DNA of 64,000 nucleotides from NCBI RefSeq assembly GCF_054482595.1, contig NZ_CM137008.1; one strand, 5' to 3'. Shown piece by piece: positions 11,169 to 21,470 of this stretch (position 1 is its first letter; each line of letters starts with the position of its first letter). The notes under the pieces were generated by a model. It saw only the letters and a program-made list of their open reading frames with translations, ran no database searches and was not told where the DNA came from. The position numbers and the translations under genes were made by a program.

Positions 11169-13805
11169 TTAACGACATTCAGCTGATAGCTGGGTTAATA
11201 ACTGCTGCTGACTCTCTGGTGGCAGTTGATAATTGGCGACACAGTGAGCATTTTCCTCTTCTCCCCATTTCACCTGAACTTTTCCCGCTAGAGGCATTCC
11301 GCTGAGGTAAACCTGACCATTATCCGCAACAATGCCGCTACTCTGGCTACTCTCTGATGTCACCATCGCCCCAAACGGCAGCGGCTTATTATTGTGGGTT
11401 AGCGTCATGAGCAGTTTTATCCCAACGCGCGCTTTAAACTCTGCTCGCACGATCGCCCCACGAGTGGGAACAACGTTAGCGACCGCGTTATCTAAATCGA
11501 CGTTATCAGCCAGGGTATTGGTATCCAGCGCCACTCTGTTTTCCCGATATTCAGTGGCATAAGGCAGCACGGCATAACCACGCCAGTCGGTACGCACCCC
11601 CGTCTGGTTTTCGACTTTTGCATCTTTTGCGCCAGGCGCTTTAACAAGCACCACCGTATCGTTTAACGGCTGCCCCAGCGTTACGCCATTGGCATGAGCC
11701 AGTACCCCACCGCTGACTCCGTAATAGAGCTGCTTAATATCATCGCTATGGCTGTAACCGATATTGGCATTGCCGTAACCACCGCGATAATTCAGCGTGG
11801 CGTAGCCTGTGCTTCCGCTATTACCATCGCCTCCCCCGGCATAGCCGGTTTGCACGCTATAACTGAGGTTGTTGTCTTCTAGCAACGTACCGTATACACC
11901 AGCCAGATTGGTCATCCGACCGTTGAGATCGTGTGACATGCTGTAGCTGGCACTGGCATGTCGCCACTGAGATTTACTGTCAGAACGCAGCCAGTGGCTG
12001 AAAGGAATATTGACGTTAAGCGCTAACATCTGATCCCGTCCTTTTTGCCAGGCGTTTTTCGTCAGGCTATAGCTGAGCGTCCAGTTGATATCTTCGAACG
12101 CAGTATTTAATCCAGCCTGGAATTGCTCATCGACATTACTCGTTCCCCAATAAGTTTGATGGCTACCACTCAAATACAGTGTTGATGTGCGCCCGAGTTG
12201 CTGAGTAACGGTGAGCTGTAATTTCCCGCGTTTGTTATAAGCGAGGTTGTAATAGTCGGTGAATTTCGGCTTAACCTGAATAACTCCATCCTGTGTTTCG
12301 ATGTTGTAGCCATTCATTCGACTGTATGTTGTATCAGCGAAATTAAAATATCCGCTGGTCGAATAACGGTAACCCACTAACTGAATATTCGTGCCTGACT
12401 CATTGAGCGATTTGTTATAGAGAAAACGCACCGATTGTCCGTCATGCTGACTGTCATCGGGAAGTGTGGAATTAGCCTGAGTCATATCCACAGACAGAGC
12501 GCCTAGTGCCCCCATATTTTTCCCGATACCAAAATTAAAAGCACGATAACGATCTGCCAGTTGCGTTCCACCATATATTGTCCAGCCAGCCGGAAGGCCG
12601 TGGAGTAATGTACTCTGGAAAAAGCGGGGTTTTTCCTGTTGCGCATTTCCACTACGGTATTCTCCTGCCGTAATGGAATAACGAGTATGCCCTTCACGTT
12701 GCAAAAGCGGGACTGACGAATAGGGTACGGTAAAAATCTGCGTGCTGCCGTCAGCCTCTTTAATCGTTACCTGCAAGTCACCACTATTACCTGCGGCATA
12801 GATATCGTTGATGGTAAAAGGCCCCGGTGGCACCGTACTATTATAAATGTCATACCCATTTTGTTTAATAGTGACCTGTGCAGTACCACGAGCAATACCG
12901 TGGATCACCGGGGCAAATCCTCTTTGGCTATCGGGTAACATATTGTCATCTGAGGCCAATTGTGCGCCGCGAAAGTTAATACCATCGAAAATATCGCCCT
13001 GAGTATAACCATCACCCAGCGTCAGCCGGGAACGTAACGGTATTATGTCTCGCTCAAGCCAGGTATTGATATGCTGCCATTTATTTTTGCTACCTGATGA
13101 ACTGTCGCTACTGTTATAACTCCAGGTGGTATTGTCGCGTAAACGCCACGCACCAATATTTAACCCACTCTGTAGGTTTAAATATGCATAATGGCTGTTA
13201 CCCCCAATCCGATTCTGTACACTATTTCCGCTGAAATTATAATTGAGCAATCCGGCATTAATACCGGGATCCCATAGCTCAGGAGGAATATAACCACGCG
13301 CGCGATTACTCATAAATGCCTGAGGGATCGTCAGGTTCAGTCGCTGCTGACCAACATCCAGATGCGCAGTAGCGTCATGGATCATTGAGGTTAATGGCAC
13401 GCAGGCATCATCTGCCAGCAGATTCATACCGGAGACAGAAGCCGCATTCAGCCCCATACTGGCAAGTTGCGCGCGTGTCAGGCAGGGAACAATCCCTTGT
13501 TCGCTGTCGCCCGTATTAAATGTGACATCACGCGTTGCCATATAACCATTATTCAAATAGATATCGACGCGATACGTCCCTGGCGGTAATTCTTGCCCAT
13601 TTTCAAAACGCGATAAATCGGCCACAGCCTGGGGATCATCCGCTAAAAAGCGCGGATTAAAATAGAGTTCGGCAGATGACAAAGGTGCCTGTGCGGCAAA
13701 AGCACAGGCGACAACGAGCCGGACAAAAAAACCAGCCAAACGATGCTTACGAATATGCAAGCATTGTGTGTTTCGCTGGTAAAGTCTTAAATTCAGATAT
13801 GACAT
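11169..13805 (-). CDS. fimD: Outer-membrane usher FimD
   Basis: 878-aa ORF matching the chaperone-usher usher family (FimD) as recalled; operon position between fimC and fimF. Confidence 0.95.
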   Translation of the reverse strand: MSYLNLRLYQRNTQCLHIRKHRLAGFFVRLVVACAFAAQAPLSSAELYFNPRFLADDPQAVADLSRFENGQELPPGTYRVDIYLNNGYMATRDVTFNTGDSEQGIVPCLTRAQLASMGLNAASVSGMNLLADDACVPLTSMIHDATAHLDVGQQRLNLTIPQAFMSNRARGYIPPELWDPGINAGLLNYNFSGNSVQNRIGGNSHYAYLNLQSGLNIGAWRLRDNTTWSYNSSDSSSGSKNKWQHINTWLERDIIPLRSRLTLGDGYTQGDIFDGINFRGAQLASDDNMLPDSQRGFAPVIHGIARGTAQVTIKQNGYDIYNSTVPPGPFTINDIYAAGNSGDLQVTIKEADGSTQIFTVPYSSVPLLQREGHTRYSITAGEYRSGNAQQEKPRFFQSTLLHGLPAGWTIYGGTQLADRYRAFNFGIGKNMGALGALSVDMTQANSTLPDDSQHDGQSVRFLYNKSLNESGTNIQLVGYRYSTSGYFNFADTTYSRMNGYNIETQDGVIQVKPKFTDYYNLAYNKRGKLQLTVTQQLGRTSTLYLSGSHQTYWGTSNVDEQFQAGLNTAFEDINWTLSYSLTKNAWQKGRDQMLALNVNIPFSHWLRSDSKSQWRHASASYSMSHDLNGRMTNLAGVYGTLLEDNNLSYSVQTGYAGGGDGNSGSTGYATLNYRGGYGNANIGYSHSDDIKQLYYGVSGGVLAHANGVTLGQPLNDTVVLVKAPGAKDAKVENQTGVRTDWRGYAVLPYATEYRENRVALDTNTLADNVDLDNAVANVVPTRGAIVRAEFKARVGIKLLMTLTHNNKPLPFGAMVTSESSQSSGIVADNGQVYLSGMPLAGKVQVKWGEEENAHCVANYQLPPESQQQLLTQLSAECR

Positions 13806-13871
13806 TATTCCTCCGGTTTAAAATCACCCGGCAGTCAATTCTTTTTATTCAGGCGAAAAATTCCCCCTGCG

Positions 13872-14597
13872 TTATTCCATTACGCCCGTCATTTTTGGGG
13901 TAAGTGCACCATAATCATTTATTGTTCGGTAAGTAATATTGCTTCCTGCATCAGAAGGCAATTTAACCGTGCTTTCGCCCATTGGAGGCACCAATGCATT
14001 TTCAAGAACCCGGGTTCCGGCATTCAACTCTGTTACCGTCAGGTAATAGGGTGTCGGGTTAATCAGCGTCAGAGAATTCGCGCTACGACGAAATCTTAAT
14101 TTTTCTGCGGCCTGATCGGGTGGCAACGCTAATTTAGCCGGACGATAGTACAGTTTAATGCGGCTGATAATTGCGAGCTGTAGCGTATTCTCAGTCAATT
14201 TTGATTTATCCATTGACGGAATCGCTTTAACGTTCATCCAGAATAAACTTTCCCGGTCCTGTGGCAAGTGGTTATTTGTTGCATCAAGAATACGTAAGGT
14301 ATTCTCTTTTTTTCCCTTCATCGCAAACAGAGGAGGCGTCACGATAAAACGACCATCCTTTACACCATCGGCATTTTCCACCCATGATTGAATTAAATAG
14401 GTACTATTTTCATCATTATTTGTCACGGCAAGTTGCACTTGTTTTTGCCCTGCCGGATAAATTACGCGAGTCGCACCTAAGGCCACTCCCGCTTCAGCGC
14501 GTCCGGCAACCATCATTGCCATGAACATCAGGATACCTGCCAGCAAGCAGAATGTTATTTCCTGCGATTTCCTTACATTGACGTTTTTATTACTCAC
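13872..14597 (-). CDS. fimC: Periplasmic pilus chaperone FimC
   Basis: 241-aa ORF with a signal peptide and PapD-like chaperone sequence (GVALGATRVIYPAGQKQVQLAVTNNDENSTYLIQSWVENADG). Confidence 0.95.
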   Translation of the reverse strand: MSNKNVNVRKSQEITFCLLAGILMFMAMMVAGRAEAGVALGATRVIYPAGQKQVQLAVTNNDENSTYLIQSWVENADGVKDGRFIVTPPLFAMKGKKENTLRILDATNNHLPQDRESLFWMNVKAIPSMDKSKLTENTLQLAIISRIKLYYRPAKLALPPDQAAEKLRFRRSANSLTLINPTPYYLTVTELNAGTRVLENALVPPMGESTVKLPSDAGSNITYRTINDYGALTPKMTGVME

Positions 14598-14633
14598 TGT
14601 CCTGTTCCTGTTATCACATTATCTGCTGAACAA

Positions 14634-15173
14634 TTACTGATAGGTTAAAGAGAACCAGGCCTGTGCATTGGCGATGCCGCCAGTAACCCGACGCCCGGTA
14701 GCACGATATTTGGCGATGAAATGTAGCGAAGTAGAGCCTGAGTAAAGCCGTTTCCAGTTTACTGGAGGACGATTAATCGGTACGAGGTTTCCTTCATCAT
14801 CAAACAACGCTACGCCAATATTGGTGGCTATCCCTGGCCCCTCTCCCACGGAAAGCACATCCGGATTTTTACCATCCGCGACACCGTGAAACGCCACACC
14901 TACACGTTCACTCACCACCGTGCTACATTCCCGTAAATGAATAACAAAAGGCACCGGTGCGCTATCTTCCCCTACCGCATGAAACCGGTTACTGCTGATT
15001 TGCCCCATATTGACCGTCATTTGTTTATCACCGGCTTCAATCCGGCAAGTTTCCGCAATAATGACGCCCTGAAATTGCATATTTCCGCCGGGCAACGTGG
15101 TATTCCATTTATTTCCGGCCAGAGCAAACATTGGCAGCAACGACGCTAATAGAAATAATCTCTTCCTTTTCAT
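14634..15173 (-). CDS. fimI: Fimbrin-like protein FimI
   Basis: Start placed at [19 protein letters not shown] (internal Met of the 223-aa ORF), giving ~179 aa; pilin-like, ends ...AWFSLTYQ. Confidence 0.85.
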   Translation of the reverse strand: MKRKRLFLLASLLPMFALAGNKWNTTLPGGNMQFQGVIIAETCRIEAGDKQMTVNMGQISSNRFHAVGEDSAPVPFVIHLRECSTVVSERVGVAFHGVADGKNPDVLSVGEGPGIATNIGVALFDDEGNLVPINRPPVNWKRLYSGSTSLHFIAKYRATGRRVTGGIANAQAWFSLTYQ

Positions 15174-15237
15174 CGTTATTTTTATCGCACAAGGGTGGGC
15201 ATCCCTGCCCGTAATAACGTCCCTGAACCTGGGTAGG

Positions 15238-15786
15238 TTATTGATACTGAACCTTGAAGGTCGCATCCGCATTAGCTGCGCCAGGGGTTGCGACACCGGT
15301 TGCATAATAACGCGCCTGGAACGGAATGGTGTTAGTACCGTTATTCAGGGTTGTTTGCTCACTGAATGTCGCACCATCCAGCGTCAGCGCAGCACCCGTT
15401 CTGTCCAGGATCTGCACACCAACGTTTGTTGCGCTACCCGCAGCTGAACTCTGCAGAGCCAGAACGTTGGTATGACCCGCATCAATCGCCGTACCTAAAA
15501 AGGCAACAGCGGCTTTAGATGCAACATTGGTATCGCAATCATTCAGCTGAATGTTAAAACCGACAGCAGAACTGGTTGCTCCTTCCTGTGCCAGCGATGC
15601 GGTACGAACCTGTCCTAACTGAACGGTTTGATCAACAGAGCCTGCATCAACTGCGCAAGCGGCGTTAACAACTTCCCCTTTAAAGTGAACGGTCCCACCA
15701 TTAACCGTCGTGGCAGCGGCCAGAGCCGCTGTAGAACTGAGGGACAGAGCCGACAGAACAACGATTGCCAGAGTTTTAATTTTCAT
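15238..15786 (-). CDS. fimA: Type 1 fimbrial major subunit FimA
   Basis: [50 protein letters not shown]... is the classic FimA pilin. Confidence 0.95.
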   Translation of the reverse strand: MKIKTLAIVVLSALSLSSTAALAAATTVNGGTVHFKGEVVNAACAVDAGSVDQTVQLGQVRTASLAQEGATSSAVGFNIQLNDCDTNVASKAAVAFLGTAIDAGHTNVLALQSSAAGSATNVGVQILDRTGAALTLDGATFSEQTTLNNGTNTIPFQARYYATGVATPGAANADATFKVQYQ

Positions 15787-15905
15787 GCTGCTTTCCTTTC
15801 AAAAAACTATTTCTAAATCGACATGGGCAGTCGTTCTGTACACTTTGTTTTGTCAACGAGTTTGACTGCCAACACTGCACAGTTTTCCCCCAAAAGATGA
15901 AACAT

Positions 15906-16219
15906 TTGGGGCCATTTTGACTCATAGAGGAAAGCATCGCGCACAAACTTTTTCAGTTTATTTGTTGGCTTAATATTCTATTGTTATCTTTATTTATAGA
16001 TTTTTATATTGCATGAGGTGGTTTTTGGAGAGAAGAATGAGGACGATGCGTCGAGTCACAGAAACGTTAGCTTTACATATAGTGGAGGTGATGTGAAATT
16101 AATTTACAAGAGAAATAATTTACATATCAAACAGTTAGGTGCTTTTTGTCGTTTTTTAATATTTTTATGCTTGAGAAAAAATACGTAACTTATTTATGAT
16201 ATGGACAGTTTGGCCCCAA
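15906..16219. promoter_or_regulatory. fimS: fimS invertible phase-variation switch (314 bp) flanked by 9-bp inverted repeats
   Basis: ttggggcca at 15906-15914 and its reverse complement tggccccaa at 16211-16219 give exactly 314 bp inclusive, lying between fimA and fimE; this is the known architecture of the type 1 fimbrial switch. Confidence 0.85.
16171..16201 (+). promoter_or_regulatory. Sigma70-type promoter inside fimS (TTGAGA -35, TATGATA -10), reading rightward
   Basis: ttgaga at 16171-16176 and tatgata at 16195-16201 with 18-bp spacing on the + strand, just inside the fimE-proximal inverted repeat; there is no equivalent motif on the strand facing fimA. Confidence 0.5.
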
Positions 16220-16266
16220 TTGTCTTGTATTTATTTATTTTTTAACTTTATTATCAATAAGTTAAA

Positions 16267-16863
16267 TCAAACCTCTTCTCTTTTTAATTTTTCGTTTATG
16301 AGATTATTTCTTTCCCATAATCCGGCAAAACGAGCAGCATTACTGGCGGTATAACGCACAGTATGGCGAATATTTCGATGCCCGAGATAATCCTGAATTA
16401 AACGGGTATCTGCACCACGCTCCGCCAGTTCATAACCGCAAGCATGCCTTAACATATGAGGATGAGTCTGCGTTACGGTTCCAGCTTCAATACCGGCATC
16501 GCGAATAATGCGATAGGCCTGCTGGCGAGAAAGCCGACTCCCGCGGCGAGAAATAAATATAGCGTCGGTCCGGTCAGCGCCTTTCCAGTTAGCACGTTCC
16601 TGGGTCCAGCGTTCCACAGCTTCACGCTCATCAAAACGTAACGGGTGAACGGTAGAAAATCCGTTCTTCAGTCGGCGAATATTTATTCGACCTTCATTAA
16701 GGTCAAGATCCTGATAATGCAGATCAAGCAGTTCACTAATACGCATCCCATGCCGATATGCCAACAGAATAAGACAATAATCTCTGGCTCCCGTTGCCCC
16801 GTAACAAACCGCCTGCATCATGGCCTGAACTTCTTTACCGGTAAGATAACGACGTTTACTCAC
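16267..16863 (-). CDS. fimE: Tyrosine recombinase FimE (switch ON-to-OFF)
   Basis: 198-aa integrase-family ORF (…HPHMLRHACGYELAERGADTRLIQDYLGHRNIRHTVRYT…) immediately adjacent to fimS. Confidence 0.95.
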   Translation of the reverse strand: MSKRRYLTGKEVQAMMQAVCYGATGARDYCLILLAYRHGMRISELLDLHYQDLDLNEGRINIRRLKNGFSTVHPLRFDEREAVERWTQERANWKGADRTDAIFISRRGSRLSRQQAYRIIRDAGIEAGTVTQTHPHMLRHACGYELAERGADTRLIQDYLGHRNIRHTVRYTASNAARFAGLWERNNLINEKLKREEV

Positions 16864-17340
16864 AATAGTACTACTCCTAACTGAGATATATTTGAATGAA
16901 TACCTATAGGAAACCTCAATCGGTCAAAATTAGCCCAATAGATAAAAAGATAACCACACACGAAGTGATGTGGCTATCAGTCAATTACATTAAATATCAT
17001 ACAAAAATAAAATATCACTGACGTGACAACATCTATTTTCATTGATTTGATTCAATATAACAATAGATTGCAGTGGATTAACTTCCAGTTGCTTAAAAAA
17101 TAAAGAAAAAAGTGCGAAAACAGGAGAATTTAAGTGATGTGTAAATTTATGAATGATTTTGTTTATTTATTTTGAAGAACATAAACCATTGTATTTTGTA
17201 TGGATATGGTTAACTTAATGTTTATTATAATAATTAAGAATTATACTTACAATAACATCAATTAATAAATGGTTAATCATTTTTGATATATCGTAAGAAT
17301 AATGTAGTTTTTAACACCATCCCTGGTATCTCAACTATCT

Positions 17341-17943
17341 CTATAAAACAGCGTGACGCTGTCGTCCTCTGGCTCTATCCCAGATGCCGTAAAAACGCCC
17401 TGCATTGCTGGCGGTATACCAGACAGTATGACGAATATTGCGATGCCCAAGATAATCCTGGATAAGTCGCGTATCTATTCCCATATTCGCCAAAGCAAAA
17501 CCACACGAATGGCGTAACATGTGCGGATGAATCTCCAGTGACAACCCAGCATTACCACCGGAAGTCGAGATAATATGGTAAAATTGTTGCCGAGAAAGCG
17601 GATTCCCCTTACGCGACAAAAATACCCACTCGCTCTCAGCATGCGGATAAGAAGTACGGATACTCAACCAGTTTTTTAAAGCCTGAACTTCTTTGTTCAA
17701 TAGCGGGTGCGTTGTTGAAAAGCCTTTTTTTAATCGATGGATATATATACACTTTGCCTTAAGATCAATATCCGAAATCCTCAATCGACAAATTTCACTC
17801 GCCCGGAAACCATGAATAAAACAAAGCAAAGTCAGACAATAATTACGTGCTGCATGAGGCCCGGTATTTGCTGCTTTAAGGAGTGATTCGATTTCACTAT
17901 GGGTCAGGAAGTTCCTTTTTTTGTTATCAGCCTTATTCTTCAT
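17341..17943 (-). CDS. fimB: Tyrosine recombinase FimB (bidirectional switching)
   Basis: Start placed at MKNKADNKKRNFLTHSEIESLLKAA (~200 aa); integrase-family C-terminus (HPHMLRHSCGFALANMGIDTRLIQDYLGHRNIRHTVWYT). Confidence 0.9.
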   Translation of the reverse strand: MKNKADNKKRNFLTHSEIESLLKAANTGPHAARNYCLTLLCFIHGFRASEICRLRISDIDLKAKCIYIHRLKKGFSTTHPLLNKEVQALKNWLSIRTSYPHAESEWVFLSRKGNPLSRQQFYHIISTSGGNAGLSLEIHPHMLRHSCGFALANMGIDTRLIQDYLGHRNIRHTVWYTASNAGRFYGIWDRARGRQRHAVL

Positions 17944-18632
17944 CGTTTTTCCCTTATAATTACAGACGCGCACTAGCTGTGCTGGGTTAGTAATAATCCA
18001 ACATTTTTATCCTGATTATGTTTATAAAAGCGAACGTTTGCTTAATAACTAACGTAAGTGGACCAGTTCTTCTAAGTGAACTTAAATGGAGTAGCAACAG
18101 TTAATTATAATAACGTTGCCATACAAACGCTATGCTCTTGCATGCTATGTACCTTTATATATTTATCAATCGGATACGAATCTAATAATAACCCTCATCA
18201 TTAATGCAACTAATCTTATCTATATATCATGTGATATGTTCTGTAACAAGTAAAATCAACATAAAAAATTCAGCAAAATTTAATATTCGTTCAACTAGCC
18301 GTCTCACATATGACATTATTAGTCAACTCCATTTGCCACAAAATGGCTATTTCATGGAGCGCAGTAATTTCTTAGTGGCTATTATCATGCTAATTCTTAG
18401 GTCCCTAGCGATTATTCCTGGCTGGTTCGTCAGCTTACGCCATGAGATTGTTACATTCCTTTTTATCCTGGAGATATGGGGGAACGCAGGAGATGATTTT
18501 TTCATCTACATTCGTTGGTAAATATAGCTTTGGTCACTACGTAGACTGGCCCCCTGAATCTCCAGACAACCAATATCACTTATTTAAGTGATAGTCTTAA
18601 TACTAGTTTTTAGACTAGTCATTGGAGAGCAG

Positions 18633-18998
18633 ATGATTGATGTCTTAGGACCGGAGAAACGCAGACGGCGTACTACACAGGAAAAGATCGCTATTGTTCA
18701 GCAGAGTTTTGAACCGGGAATGACAGTCTCCCTTGTTGCCCGGCAACACGGTGTGGCAGCCAGCCAGTTATTTCTCTGGCGCAAGCAATACCAGGAGGGA
18801 AGTCTTACTGCTGTGGCCGCAGGAGAACAGGTCGTTCCTGCCTCTGAACTTGCTGCCGCCATGAAGCAGATTAAAGAACTCCAGCGCCTGCTCGGCAAAA
18901 AAACGATGGAAAATGAACTCCTTAAAGAAGCCGTTGAATACGGGCGTGCAAAAAAGTGGATAGCGCACGCGCCCTTATTGCCCGGGGATGGGGAGTAA
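18633..18998 (+). CDS. insC: IS2 transposase OrfA (InsC)
   Basis: [56 protein letters not shown]... matches IS2 InsC as recalled. Confidence 0.85.
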
Positions 18999-19861
18999 GC
19001 TTAGTCAGCCGTTGTCTCCGGGTGTCGCGTGCGCAGTTGCACGTCATTCTCAGACGAACCGATGACTGGAAAGATGGTCGCCGCAGCCGTCACTCAGATG
19101 ATACGGATGTGCTTCTCCGTATACACCATGTTATCGGAGAGCTGCCCACATATGGTTATCGTCGGGTATGGGCGCTGCTTCGCAGACAGGCCGAACTTGA
19201 TGGTATGCCTGCGATCAATGCCAAACGTATTTACCGGATCATGCGCCAGAATGCGCTGTTGCTTGAGCGAAAACCCGCTGTACCGCCATCGAAACGGGCA
19301 CATACCGGCAGAGTGGCTGTGAAAGAAAGTAATCAGCGATGGTGCTCTGACGGGTTCGAGTTCCGCTGTGATAACGGAGAAAAACTGCGAGTCACGTTCG
19401 CGCTGGACTGCTGTGACCGTGAGGCACTGCACTGGGCGGTCACTACGGGCGGCTTCAACAGTGAAACAGTACAGGACGTCATGCTGGGAGCGGTGGAACG
19501 CCGTTTCGGCAACGAGCTTCCGGCGTCTCCAGTAGAGTGGCTGACGGATAATGGTTCATGCTACCGGGCTAATGAAACACGGCAGTTTGCCCGGATGTTG
19601 GGGCTTGAACCGAAGAACACGGCGGTGCGGAGTCCGGAGAGTAACGGCATAGCAGAGAGCTTCGTGAAAACGATAAAGCGTGACTACATCAGTGTCATGC
19701 CCAAACCAGACGGGTTAACGGCAGCAAAGAACCTTGCAGAGGCATTCGAGCATTATAACGAATGGCATCCGCATAGTGCACTGGGTTATCGCTCGCCACG
19801 GGAATATCTACGGCAGCAAGCCAGTAATGGGTTAAGTGATAACAGGTGTCTGGAAATATAG
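18956..19861 (+). CDS. insD: IS2 transposase OrfB (InsD), DDE catalytic domain
   Basis: 301-aa ORF overlapping insC in another frame (IS3-family frameshift arrangement); sequence matches IS2 InsD as recalled. Confidence 0.85.
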
Positions 19862-20294
19862 GGGCAAATCCACTACGACTTAAACCTTCCTCAATCACAG
19901 CCATTCGCCGGGCGATACGGCAAACAAACTAAGTGAAACATCATCCTGAAAACACCAACATCAACAAGCCTCTCCAGATCGACTTCAGAAGTGACCAGTT
20001 ACAAGCCACAAACCAGGAAACATATTTCATGATGAGAATTATGCTCAGCCTGATGGCGGGTAAACACTGATTTTCACCAAGCTCACTGAGTTAGCTTGCA
20101 AAGCTTCCCTTGTTTAGACTCTAAATAAATTATTTATAAAACAAATAGTTAAACAAAAATCTTTAGTTTTTGAAGACCACTGCAAGTGTTCGTCTGGCTT
20201 CACATGGCATCTTCCTCTTAGAAAAAGATCGACATATTTTGTGACACGAATTGCAAATCTGGTTTTGTTGTATGGATTGCGTGATTTTTGATCT

Positions 20295-20317
20295 GGTATA
20301 ACAGGTATAAAGGTGCA
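20295..20317. promoter_or_regulatory. Putative NanR operator (GGTATA repeats) upstream of nanC
   Basis: ggtataacaggtataaaggtg contains two exact GGTATA hexamers and a third degenerate one, the repeat recognised by NanR; ~420 bp upstream of nanC. Confidence 0.5.
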
Positions 20318-20734
20318 CCAAGATAGTCAATGAGACAGGGCATCTCGCAATCTATGGCAAACATCACTTCAGTTCTTTCTCATCGGGTGATGAAAACGCA
20401 CTTCAGTCTGAAAGGAATATGAAAATGAGATCAACAGACACTCTATTTTATGACTCTGGGTAAAATGGATTGAGTAAGTGATATAGCTTACGAAAATTCA
20501 AATCAATTAAACATCAGCAGAGATTTTATACTCAGGTATTTAATCTGGCTCTCTGTTTATTTAAATAATGTGAAAAGAGATTTTTCACAGGAGACCTTAT
20601 ACAAAAAATATAAAATACAGCTACCGGTTGCCAAAGACACTATAAGCCTGGCAAAAAAATATTACACAACATAAATGCTAATTGTTTATGCGGGCTTTGT
20701 ATTGCTTTCTGTATCCTACAAATGAGTGAAATTT

Positions 20735-21451
20735 ATGAAAAAGGCTAAAATACTTTCTGGCGTATTATTACTGTGCTTTTCGTCACCATTAATTTCTCAG
20801 GCTGCGACACTTGACGTGCGTGGTGGATATCGTAGTGGAAGCCACGCCTATGAGACTCGACTCAAAGTCAGTGAGGGATGGCAAAATGGATGGTGGGCAA
20901 GTATGGAAAGTAATACCTGGAATACCATTCATGATAATAAAAAGGAAAATGCCGCACTCAATGATGTTCAGGTTGAAGTTAATTACGCGATTAAACTTGA
21001 TGATCAATGGACGGTGCGCCCGGGAATGTTAACGCATTTTAGCAGCAACGGCACACGCTACGGACCCTACGTAAAACTGTCCTGGGACGCGACAAAAGAT
21101 CTTAATTTTGGCATTCGCTATCGTTACGACTGGAAAGCTTACCGACAACAAGACTTATCCGGTGATATGTCTCGTGATAACGTTCATCGTTGGGATGGAT
21201 ATGTCACTTACCATATTAATAGTGATTTCACCTTCGCATGGCAAACGACGCTATACAGCAAACAGAACGATTATCGCTATGCAAACCATAAGAAATGGGC
21301 TACGGAAAATGCATTTGTTCTACAATACCATATGACGCCCGATATTACGCCATACATAGAATATGACTACCTGGACCGTCAGGGTGTTTACAACGGCAGA
21401 GATAATTTATCGGAAAACAGTTATCGCATTGGTGTGTCATTTAAACTGTAG
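20735..21451 (+). CDS. nanC: N-acetylneuraminic acid outer-membrane channel NanC (KdgM-family porin)
   Basis: MKKAKILSGVLLLCFSSPLISQA signal peptide followed by a beta-barrel protein ending in ...RIGVSFKL; start placed at the fourth codon of the ORF. Confidence 0.85.
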   Translation: MKKAKILSGVLLLCFSSPLISQAATLDVRGGYRSGSHAYETRLKVSEGWQNGWWASMESNTWNTIHDNKKENAALNDVQVEVNYAIKLDDQWTVRPGMLTHFSSNGTRYGPYVKLSWDATKDLNFGIRYRYDWKAYRQQDLSGDMSRDNVHRWDGYVTYHINSDFTFAWQTTLYSKQNDYRYANHKKWATENAFVLQYHMTPDITPYIEYDYLDRQGVYNGRDNLSENSYRIGVSFKL

Positions 21452-21470
21452 TAGACAGGAGACAGTCACA

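Larger units (their letters stand above)
18542..19872 (+). mobile_element. IS2 (IS3 family), intact, 1331 bp
   Basis: Begins tagactggccccctgaatctccagacaacc and ends ggggcaaatcca; encodes InsC and InsD; flanked by the direct 5-bp repeat ctacg (18537-18541 and 19873-19877). Confidence 0.9.
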
